Virus record (IMG/VR): IMGVR_UViG_2531839666_000021
Location: 1 to 10,930 of that record
Direction: 5' to 3' (one strand)
Length of the DNA stretch: 10,930 nucleotides
From: a virus
Lineage: Duplodnaviria; Heunggongvirae; Uroviricota; Caudoviricetes
Positions 1 to 7,901 of this stretch are shown here, piece after piece (positions within the stretch are counted from its first letter, which is position 1; the number at the start of each line of letters is the position of its first letter). Both the position numbers and the translations under genes were made by a program. The notes beneath the pieces were generated by a model. It saw only the letters and a program-made list of their open reading frames with translations. It was not told the DNA's origin and ran no database searches.

Positions 1-2087
1 ATGTTTGCTTCAGTTAAAGAGCTGGTTGGATTACCGGGAATGCCGGGAACGGAGCAAGGCGTCCGCTATTCAATCAGGAAGTATGCAACCAGCGAAACCA
101 GCAGACGCCGCCAGGAAGGCAGTAAAGGTTTTGAATACAGCATCGACTGTTTACCTGAAGTGACGCAGCAGGCATTACGTGAACGCTACGCCCTGCAACT
201 GATGACTCAAAAAGTCGATGAATCACCGGCTCCAGTGGTGACAAAGGCCAGACGCTCGCCTGCCGTGGTTGATGCGGTGGAGGCATATCGCGGATCACCA
301 CAACTGATGGTTGAACGCCTTAATGCCCTGACCGAAAAACAGCGTCAGGTGGCTGATGCACGCATTGCGATTGTCAGCGAGGTGCTGAAATTCGCGCAAC
401 AACCCGGTTTCAGCTGCGCTAAAGCCATCCGTTTTATCGTTGACCGCCTGTCACGCTCACAACTGGACGAGCGCATTGTGGCAATGGTTGAGACGGCGAA
501 CGCCAAAAAGGGAAACCGACGAGCGTTGAGTGAAATCACGCTGAAACGCTGGATTGCGGCCTTTAACAAGGCACAGAACGCCGCTGAACGCCTGCTTTTA
601 CTGGCACCGGGTAAACGCCAGGAAATAAAAGCCGAAGATATTAACTGGCTGCCCGATTTTCTGGCGCAGTATCGCCAGTCAAACGGCCGACCAATGACCG
701 AGGCTTACGAGGATTTTGTTGCCGAATGGCAGCACCGGCACGCTGATGAGCCTTATATGCTCGATATCATGCCGTCTTACGACACCATCCGCCGCGCAAT
801 GAAGAAACTGCCGGAAGTGGTGAAACAAAAAGGCCGGGTGACAGGCAGTGAATACCGTCAGCTTGAGGGATTCACGCGCCGCGACTGGTCAAAAATGCCG
901 GTGAATTATGTCTGGATTGGTGACGGTCACGGCATGAAGCTGAAATGCGCACACCCGGTTCACGGTCGGCCATTTGCACCGGAAGTGACCTTTGTTATCG
1001 ACGGTGGCACGCGCTTTGTGGTGGGCTGGAGCCTTGACCTGGCTGAAAATGTTTTCGCCGTAGCCGGTGCCATACAGCACGGCATTCGCCATCACGGCAA
1101 ACGTTTCTGTATTACTCGGATAACGGCTCCGGGGAAACCGCCGACATCCTGGATAAGGAGGTTGTGGGGATACTGCCGCGACTGGGGATTAATCACCCGA
1201 CCGGGATTGCCGGTAATCCGCAGGGACGAGGCATTATCGAACGGCTTAACCGCACATTACCGATGCGCATAGCCCGTAAATACCGCACCTATTTCGGGAA
1301 AGGTGCAGATCGCGAGACGTTACGCAAAACCAACCGCGATTTACGCTCGGCATTTACTGCCCTGCAACAGGGCAAACGGCTGAACGCCCGGCAGCAGTCA
1401 GCGATGCGTGATTTACCGTCCTGGTCTGAACTGATTGATGCCATTCGTGACGGTGTTGAGTGGTACAACAACCGGCCGCACGATGAATTACCGGTGAAGC
1501 CGAACGGCAAGCATTACAGCCCGGCGGAGTTCAGAAAAAAACGCCTGGCGGAAGAGGACACGGAAATTGAATGGCTGTCCGATGTTGAGCTGCGGGATAT
1601 GTTCCGGCCGATGGTGGAACGCCCTGTAAGACGCTGTGAAATACGCTGGCTGAATAATATTTACTACGCGCCCGAGCTGCGTGATGAGCATGGCCGCAAG
1701 GTGCTTATCAGCTATGACATTCATGATGCCGAACGAATTACCGTACGTCGCCTGGATGGCAGCGTGATTTGCGAGGCGGTATGGGACGGTAATAAACGCG
1801 AAGCCTTCCCGGTTAGCGCGGAATACTACAAACAGCAGCAACGCCTTAAAGGCATGCGTAAACGCGCAGAGGAAAAAATCCGTGATGCCGAGGATGAGGT
1901 TGTCAACGTGCTGGAGCACAAGCCGCAGGAGCCCTGGCTGGAAAACATCTATCGCCCGGTAGGTAATACGGTGGCCGTTCAGCAACCTGCCGTTGATGAT
2001 GAGCCTGATGAAGAATACGAGCGCAATTTCCAGCGGGGATTGCAGTTGCTCGAAGCGAAATTAAAAGAAAATGACCCGCTGGCCTGA
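1..2087 (+). CDS. Mu-type DDE transposase (MuA-like); reading frame interrupted by a 1-bp frameshift near 1087-1091 (pseudogene or sequencing indel)
   Basis: Frame-1 ORF 1-1272 plus frame-3 reading open from 1047 (track ORF 1164-2087, GTG). N-terminus MFASVKELVGLPGMPGT resembles the MuA N-terminal region. Candidate DDE residues are split across frames: VWIGDGHG (frame 1), YYSDNGSGE (frame 3, about 1110-1136), GIIERLNRTL (frame 3). C-terminal RLDGSVICEA...EYYKQQQRLK resembles the MuA C-terminal domain. Frame switch is required between HGI (1078-1086) and PSRQ (1089-1100). Confidence 0.85.
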
Positions 2088-2157
2088 AATAAAAAATAAC
2101 CCGAGCGGCGACTCAGGTTATTTGATTAAACAAGGTATCAAATGAGAGGTTAATAAT

Positions 2158-3091
2158 ATGACTGATATTAACGATGTAATCAAGACCATTGATGAACTTA
2201 TTGATGGCGGCGTACTGACGCAGTATGCCATCGCCAGAGAGGCGGGAATTTCCGACGGCACATTATCGGCTTTCCGCAAGGGGAAATATAAAGGCGATAA
2301 CGCCGCTGTGGCTGCTTCCCTGCGTTCCTGGTATGAGAACTGGAATAAACAAAGCGCACTGCCGGAACCGCCGCAGTTTGTGGAAACGCAGACAGTTCAG
2401 GAGCTGCGCGCACTGTTTCAGGCGGTTCGCCTGATGGGCTGTATTAACGTCATTGTGGGCGTGCCGGGGGTAGGTAAAAACGGCCACCGCCCGTAATTAC
2501 TGCCAGGAGCAACCAAACACCTGGATGATCACCCTGTCACCCGCGCACTCCAGCGTCACGGAGTGTCTGCTGGAGCTGGCCGATGCGCTGGGGATTGATT
2601 ACACCCGCGCGAACAAAGGGGCATTATCCCGCGCCATCCGCCGTCGCCTGATGGGAACGCGTGGACTGGTGATTGTGGATGAGGCGGATCATCTTGGTAT
2701 TGACGGTCTGGAGCAACTCCGGGCAATTCAGGACGCCACGGGGATCGGGATGGTGCTTATTGGTAACCCGCGCGGATTGTTTAAAGGTGGACGCCGCGCC
2801 TTTGATGATTTATCGCGCCTGTTCAGCCGTCTTGCCCGTACAAAACAACTTCGCAAGGCCAAAAAGGCGGATGTGCTGGCCATTGCCAGGGCATGGGGTA
2901 TCAGTGGTGAGGCCGAGCTGGCCGTCATGCAGGCTATCGCTGAAAAGCCGGGAGCGTTACGCGTTCTGACACATACGCTTAACCAGGCGTGGCTCACCGC
3001 CAGCGGTGAAGGTGCGGCGCTGACAGAAAAACATATTAATGCGGCCTTTAAAGAGGTTTATACCAACCCTGAATTACTCTCACAGGTGTGA
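2158..3091 (+). CDS. MuB-like AAA+ ATPase (transposition target-DNA activator B); frameshifted at A5 run 2476-2480
   Basis: RBS GAGAGG 2144-2149, ATG 2158. Frame-1 ORF 2158-2496 ends GVPGVGK-NGHRP*; frame 2 continues KTATARNY...WMITLSP to stop at 3091. The joined product has Walker A GVPGVGKT and Walker B LVIVDEADHL and resembles MuB over its N-terminus and core. Confidence 0.85.
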
Positions 3092-3315
3092 TTATGGCGG
3101 TATTTTATATTCCTGATATTTACGGACGCTTTTACCTGGTTAATTTCGATAACGTGAAGGTGATTTCACTGGCCGAAAATAAAGAATGTGGCGATTTACT
3201 TTTTGAATTTAATGACCGCACACGAATGGTGATATCTGCCGGACTTGATCGCGAAGGTGCGACAGAAGTTTACAGCGGAATATGCCGTTCTGTTGGTGCG
3301 AAACAAGTCAGCTAA
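3088..3315 (+). CDS. small hypothetical protein (73-75 aa) immediately downstream of B; occupies the position of kil in Mu
   Basis: ORF with GTG 3088 or ATG 3094, overlapping the B stop (3089-3091); AGGTG at 3084-3088. No recognisable motif; the Kil suggestion is positional only. Confidence 0.5.
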   Translation: MIMAVFYIPDIYGRFYLVNFDNVKVISLAENKECGDLLFEFNDRTRMVISAGLDREGATEVYSGICRSVGAKQVS

Positions 3316-3327
3316 ATGAGGTGTTAT

Positions 3328-3429
3328 ATGAATATGCAATCCTGCGGTAACAAAATGAATTTATTCGACTCCCTGAACAGCGCGCGCCGTCTGACCGAAC
3401 TTGCCGGTGCGGTACTGGAAACGCAGTAA
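3328..3429 (+). CDS. very small hypothetical ORF (33 aa)
   Basis: ATG 3328 preceded by GAGGTG 3318-3323; product MNMQSCGNKMNLFDSLNSARRLTELAGAVLETQ. May be part of a longer frameshifted gene together with the frame-2 reading 3377-3580. Confidence 0.3.
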   Translation: MNMQSCGNKMNLFDSLNSARRLTELAGAVLETQ

Positions 3430-3581
3430 GCGCTACCACACGTTTTGCACTGAAACCACGCCGCCGGTAGGCAACGTGCAGGGAACCGGTGAAATTGAAA
3501 TCACCATACAGACCAACGGCCTGCGCCGCCGTGTGAAGGCCACCCGCATCAGCGGCTGCACGGTTTACTGGGAGGTGTGAG

Positions 3582-3863
3582 GTGAAAAAAAATCTCATTG
3601 CATGGGCGTGGTCGAGTGGTCTTATTGAGTTTGGTTACGTCCTGCCGGAAGGTGCATTGCCGATAGTTGCCGGAAAGCCTGCCACGGTACGGCATGTGAT
3701 TGAGGTTATGGCGCGTCATGGACGTGATGAACAGGAGCAGTTACTGGTTCCGGGGATACCGGAAGCGGTGACGGAGGAAGAAGCCTTTAATGCCATGATT
3801 CGGTTCTGCCGTGAGGTCAGACGCCGGGTCAGTTATCCAAACAGAACGAGGACCAGAGGATGA
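3582..3863 (+). CDS. hypothetical protein (93 aa)
   Basis: GTG 3582 with GGAGG 3571-3575 at a 6-nt spacer; stop overlaps the next start (ATGA at 3860-3863). Confidence 0.55.
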   Translation: MKKNLIAWAWSSGLIEFGYVLPEGALPIVAGKPATVRHVIEVMARHGRDEQEQLLVPGIPEAVTEEEAFNAMIRFCREVRRRVSYPNRTRTRG

Positions 3864-4132
3864 GTAAAGTCGTACGCATTATTTTCGAATACAAGGAGCA
3901 CGTTATCCATAAAAACGCTGATGGAACAGTGCGCATGGGGGTAAGTCTGGACATACGTTCAACCGGGATAAAGCAGAAAGGTGATGGACCCGCCATGATT
4001 TTTGGAGTGGTTATGCTCGCGGAAAGCAGAGACTTTGCTGAACTTGTGGCAATGAAAGCCAGAGCGCTCATGAAAGATATGAACATGAGTTCCGGGGTTA
4101 TTAAAGGTAATGAATTTAATCAGCAGGGGTAA
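3860..4132 (+). CDS. hypothetical protein (90 aa), member of a tandem paralog pair
   Basis: ATG 3860 in an ATGA overlap with the upstream stop; RBS AGAGG 3855-3859. N-terminus MSKVVRIIFEYKEH is shared with the next ORF. Confidence 0.55.
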   Translation: MSKVVRIIFEYKEHVIHKNADGTVRMGVSLDIRSTGIKQKGDGPAMIFGVVMLAESRDFAELVAMKARALMKDMNMSSGVIKGNEFNQQG

Positions 4133-4136
4133 TTCC

Positions 4137-4430
4137 ATGAGCAAAGTACGCGTTATTTTTGAATTTGAGCATGTTTCGCATGACGAAAAACCGGCAGGCA
4201 ATGACAGTGTTGAAGTGCATGAAAAGATTGGAGTGGATGTGAAAACAGAACGTGATACGGATAACAGGCCGACGTCACTCTGTGACGTTTATGCAAGCAT
4301 TCTCCAGTATCACAGTCCTGTAATTATTCAGTTTCTCTCAGCGGAATTTCAGGCATCTGTACAGGCTTTTGGGGCGGATGCCATCATTAAACGCCACCGC
4401 GTGCATAAAGCATCAGGCACACTGCAATAA
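4137..4430 (+). CDS. hypothetical protein (97 aa), paralog of 3860-4132
   Basis: ATG 4137 (the track ORF starts at 4110, but ATG 4137 follows the upstream stop at 4130-4132 and a G-rich RBS 4126-4129). N-terminus MSKVRVIFEFEH. Confidence 0.55.
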   Translation: MSKVRVIFEFEHVSHDEKPAGNDSVEVHEKIGVDVKTERDTDNRPTSLCDVYASILQYHSPVIIQFLSAEFQASVQAFGADAIIKRHRVHKASGTLQ

Positions 4431-4440
4431 GGAAAACAAA

Positions 4441-4970
4441 ATGGCTAAACGTGTTACAAAATTAAAGGCCGCAGCCGAGGCTGCACCGCAGACCCGTGAA
4501 GAGGTCAGCCGCGATATCCGCACCCTGGGCGATATTCAGCGAGAGGCGCTGCGCCTGGAAACAGCGATGAATGATGAAGTGGCAGAAATCACCGCCCGTT
4601 ATACGCCGCAGATTGAAAACCTTAAAAAGAAATCAAAGTGCTTTTTAAGGGGATTCAGGACTGGTGCAAAACCAACCGTGATGAGCTGACGAACGGCGGC
4701 AAAACCAAAACTGCCAATCTGACCACCGGAACGGTGTCATGGCGACTGGGGAATCCATCATGCAGCGTCAGTCGTGATGTGGAAGGTGTGATTGAAATGC
4801 TGCGCCGTATGGGGCTTGAGCGATTCATCCGCACGAAAGAGGAAGTGAACAAGGAAGCCGTCCTGGCGGAGCCGGATGCGGTGAAAGGCATTGCCGGTAT
4901 AAAGGTGAATAAAGGCGCTGAAAGTTTTTATGTCGAGCCTTTTGAACAGGACGCCGGACTGAATAAATAA
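4441..4970 (+). CDS. gam: host-nuclease inhibitor protein Gam (Mu Gam family); frameshifted near 4624-4629
   Basis: RBS AAGGA 4429-4433, ATG 4441. Frame-1 part MAKRVTKLKAAAEA...LRLETAMNDEVAEIT and frame-3 part (from 4626) KEIKVLFKGIQDWCKTNRDELTNGGKTKTANL...FIRTKEEVNKEA...PFEQDAGL both match the Mu Gam pattern as I recall it; the join requires one extra base in the A5/G run 4624-4629. Confidence 0.85.
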
Positions 4971-5067
4971 CACCACATTAAATCTTTAAATATCACATCG
5001 TTTTAATTATGGCGCTCGCGTCAGGGGACTGCCTGCGCCTGAAAGCTGAAAATAAGGAATCGGAAAC

Positions 5068-5610
5068 ATGGCATATTTTTATTTCAAATTAGACATAGTG
5101 TACACAAATAAATATTTCACCGAATATCAGCGGGATGTTTTACCGCTACGCAACAGTATTCTTCGGGCATTACTGAAAAATACAGGCGCTGCCGGATTGC
5201 GCTTAAAGCCGTTCGCCATGGACGTAATCAGTGAGTTTTATTTTTCTGGTTCTCTGCCTGCGGGCTGGCGTAAGCGCGATGATGTGGCTTTTATCGGGGA
5301 CGGACCGTGCTTTATTGCCAGACCTGATGAGTTATGCCCTGAAGGACCGGCGATTGCCGCAATGGTTGAAGCCGCTGAACGCGATTTAAGAAAGCATCCT
5401 GATTTCCTTGTCTGGCTCTGTGAAAAGCTGGGGGTAATGAGAATCCCCTCCATGTTTAACACGGACTCCTGGTGGACCCCTTCGTTCTCCCGTGATGCCC
5501 TGTGCGTGGTGTTTAAAGTGGGCGCTTATGGCAGGGAAATAAACGGGTGTATTCCTGAAGAATGCCAGGAAATTAAACATTCTGAATATGTGGCGCTGAC
5601 GGAGGAATAA
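5068..5610 (+). CDS. hypothetical protein (180 aa)
   Basis: ATG 5068 with AAGGA 5054-5058; strongly AT-rich 5' end; no recognisable motif. Confidence 0.5.
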   Translation: MAYFYFKLDIVYTNKYFTEYQRDVLPLRNSILRALLKNTGAAGLRLKPFAMDVISEFYFSGSLPAGWRKRDDVAFIGDGPCFIARPDELCPEGPAIAAMVEAAERDLRKHPDFLVWLCEKLGVMRIPSMFNTDSWWTPSFSRDALCVVFKVGAYGREINGCIPEECQEIKHSEYVALTEE

Positions 5611-5620
5611 TTCATGATTG

Positions 5621-6145
5621 ATGCAAAAGTGCTTGAGGGTTAAAAACTGGCTGCGTATTTACGGACGTCTGACCTGCGGCATTCTGGCTGAAAAAATGAA
5701 TATGCCGCCATCCTCGATGGTTTATTTTCTGCGTGATGCGGTCGATGCCGGGGTGCTGACGGAATGTAACGGTTTTTATGATATTCCGCGTCCCCGCCCG
5801 GTGCAGCCGGTTCGTCGCAAATGCAGCCAGGAAGGTGCGGCTGATGATGTTCAGTGGTGCAGCTTCAGAAAGTCCCTGCCGTGGATTGAGGGGCATGATA
5901 TTCCGTCGATGGCGTGGGAATTTGCTCAGGGCGTACTGACCTGCGAAACCGTTTATGTGGTGGCTGAAGTTGATGAGCAGGCCATGAAAGAAGGTGTACC
6001 CCAGTTTGTGATGGCGTATATCGACATACGCCTGGGTGTCATTATCTGCGGTTTAAGCGGCTGGAATATCACCGGACATGTTCTGCGTTACCTGATTGTT
6101 GACCGGACGGCTGCACCTGCCGGGATATCTGCGGAGGTGGCGTAA
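5621..6145 (+). CDS. hypothetical protein (about 174 aa) with a possible winged-helix-like N-terminus
   Basis: Frame-3 ORF, TTG 5618 or ATG 5621. N-terminal segment LRIYGRLTCGILAEKMNMPPSSMVYFLRDAVDAGVLTE looks HTH-like. The start is uncertain (see finding on the SD at 5601-5606). Confidence 0.5.
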   Translation: MQKCLRVKNWLRIYGRLTCGILAEKMNMPPSSMVYFLRDAVDAGVLTECNGFYDIPRPRPVQPVRRKCSQEGAADDVQWCSFRKSLPWIEGHDIPSMAWEFAQGVLTCETVYVVAEVDEQAMKEGVPQFVMAYIDIRLGVIICGLSGWNITGHVLRYLIVDRTAAPAGISAEVA

Positions 6146-6660
6146 TGTTCTTTAAAACATCAAACCCTTCCGCGCTGGCTGCGTGGCAAAAATACCAGCA
6201 GGACTACAAGAAAGTTAAGGATGAGGCAAAACGTCTTGAGGCCGTGCTGAATGTTGATTGTCGGTCGGTATTTGTATCCGGTATCAATGGTTTTTATTTT
6301 AAAGGACTGCGTTTTACGGATAACAAATATCCTTTTCATCGCGACTTATGGCGAAAACCGACTGCGTCGAATGGCTGGAGCTGCACGCCGCGCACATCGT
6401 GTATTCCCAAAGCCCTGTGCGCTGCCTCTGACGAACTTAACAGTCTGTGGCGTGAATATTCGCCCGTCACGTATGCCAGAACCGATGCCCTGTTGTTCTG
6501 GCTGGGTATTGATTTCTCGGCAATCCTGTTTGGCCCTGTGGAGTGGTTCTGCGTTGACGATGTGATTTACCTTCAGTGCGGCGTAAAACCCGCAAAACAG
6601 AAAATGACCGAAATTCTGTCTGATGAGTTTTATGCTGCTGAAAAGCGAGTCAGGGGGTGA
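6145..6660 (+). CDS. hypothetical protein (171 aa)
   Basis: ATG 6145 overlaps the upstream stop by 1 nt (TAATG); no recognisable motif. Confidence 0.5.
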   Translation: MFFKTSNPSALAAWQKYQQDYKKVKDEAKRLEAVLNVDCRSVFVSGINGFYFKGLRFTDNKYPFHRDLWRKPTASNGWSCTPRTSCIPKALCAASDELNSLWREYSPVTYARTDALLFWLGIDFSAILFGPVEWFCVDDVIYLQCGVKPAKQKMTEILSDEFYAAEKRVRG

Positions 6661-6663
6661 TGT

Positions 6664-7215
6664 ATGATGATTTTACAACCCATGGGGAGAAAAGGCCGTG
6701 CACCCGCTCATGTCCGTGCGTGGACACCTGAAGAAGATGCACTGCTGATTGCGCTTTATCCATCCACCCCGGTTAAGGATATTGCTGTCAGGGTAAAAAG
6801 AAGTTTCTGGGGTGTACATAACCGGATTGTTTTATTACGCGGTACTTACCCGGAGTTGCTCAAATGCAAACGTCCAAGATTTAAACATGATGAAGATAAA
6901 TTTATCCGAAAAAATGCCAGAACGATGACCGGTAAGCAAATAGGAGAATATCTGGGGCGAGACCGGGATTCTGTCCACAAACGGGCGCGATATATTGGCG
7001 TAAGCATGAAAAAATACGGAGAGTTGCTGCCCTTCACCCGTATACCTGATGATGATGTTCATCTTATTCGTGAATTACGGGATGCTGAATCACCACGACG
7101 TCTTACCTTCCGGGAAATAGGCGAGAAATTTGAATTATCCGAGAGTACGGTGAATTTTATTTATCACCATCGCCGGACTGCCGAAGATGTTGTATTACGG
7201 GAGTTAATGCCATGA
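6664..7215 (+). CDS. putative DNA-binding protein with repeated Myb/SANT-like or GcrA-like HTH motifs
   Basis: RBS GGGGG 6654-6658, ATG 6664. Motifs AWTPEEDALLIALY, MTGKQIGEYLGRDRDSVHKRARYIGVS and LTFREIGEKFELSESTVNFIYHHRR. First gene of the AT-rich island. Confidence 0.55.
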   Translation: MMILQPMGRKGRAPAHVRAWTPEEDALLIALYPSTPVKDIAVRVKRSFWGVHNRIVLLRGTYPELLKCKRPRFKHDEDKFIRKNARTMTGKQIGEYLGRDRDSVHKRARYIGVSMKKYGELLPFTRIPDDDVHLIRELRDAESPRRLTFREIGEKFELSESTVNFIYHHRRTAEDVVLRELMP

Positions 7216-7427
7216 TAACGACATTATTTGTTGAATCAGACGAGCCTCTGGTATGTGCCGCCGGAATGTCGGTTTGTGGCGGAACGCTGACCGGTGTTTA
7301 TTTCGGGGATTTGCGCGGTTATCCCTGGCATTCACTGGATGACGCATTTCCGCCTGATATGGAGGCAGTCGTGCTGATTGTTCAGTATGGTGCAACAGGA
7401 ACTGCGCATCGGCCATATGGGGTATGA
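7212..7427 (+). CDS. hypothetical protein (71 aa as given; probably 103 aa, 7212-7521, if one G is removed from the G4 run at 7419-7422)
   Basis: ATG 7212 in an ATGA overlap with the upstream stop. Frame 1 continues from about 7417 to the stop at 7519-7521, which would create an ATGA overlap with ATG 7518. Confidence 0.45.
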   Translation: MITTLFVESDEPLVCAAGMSVCGGTLTGVYFGDLRGYPWHSLDDAFPPDMEAVVLIVQYGATGTAHRPYGV

Positions 7428-7493
7428 AGGCTTTTTTATTGATGAAGAAACCGGAGCCTGCCTTGAAGATGAGGACGGACAGGTGACGCACTG

Positions 7494-7901
7494 GTGCCAT
7501 ATTTCAGCTTTACCGGAATGACGGGAGGTGAATGCGTGAGAAGTTATATTGATAATGAAAAACTGAAGACAATCAGCGACTGTCTTAGCTTGCTGGCAAA
7601 AATAAAAGAAACCATTGAAGAGATTAAATTTCAGCTTGAATACGCACCCTGTGGTGATGATACATGGCGTAACTCTGCCAGAAAAGCACTGGCTGTCTTT
7701 CAGAAACAACGCCGGACTGTTGAATACCGCCTTGCTGTATTACGCCAGGAGGAAAAGGAAAGAAATATAAGATGTCACGAGCGCGTTAATAACTTCCTTG
7801 TTCGTGAATTAAAGAACGTGTGCCGGAGTCGGTATTTTTTGAGTGTGAGGCTGTTGCCCGTAGCAAAGCACTGGAAACTGATTAAACAGGCAGGTGAATG
7901 A
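7494..7901 (+). CDS. hypothetical protein, predicted coiled-coil-rich (122-135 aa depending on start)
   Basis: Frame-3 ORF; candidate starts GTG 7494 (SD AGGTGA 7481-7486), ATG 7518 (ATGA coupling if the upstream frameshift is corrected) or GTG 7536 (SD GGGAGG 7523-7528). AT-rich. Confidence 0.5.
   Translation: MPYFSFTGMTGGECVRSYIDNEKLKTISDCLSLLAKIKETIEEIKFQLEYAPCGDDTWRNSARKALAVFQKQRRTVEYRLAVLRQEEKERNIRCHERVNNFLVRELKNVCRSRYFLSVRLLPVAKHWKLIKQAGE

Noticed and set aside
345-569. Short minus-strand ORFs within the transposase N-terminal region (also 74-301 and 889-1095)
   Set aside because: Embedded antisense to a conserved gene; typical spurious ORFs.
1488-1985. 165-aa minus-strand ORF
   Set aside because: Lies entirely antisense within the conserved transposase coding region; no RBS and the composition looks like a frame artefact.
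2673-2969. Alternative-frame + ORF and antisense ORF 2728-2997 inside B
   Set aside because: Overlap the conserved MuB ATPase core in other frames.
6251-6565. 104-aa + ORF in frame 2
   Set aside because: Completely embedded in ORF 6145-6660; less protein-like than the frame-1 product, though neither has homology support.
7332-7709. 125-aa minus-strand ORF (also 7204-7500 and 6835-7062)
   Set aside because: Antisense to a tightly coupled + strand operon, with no RBS or promoter space.
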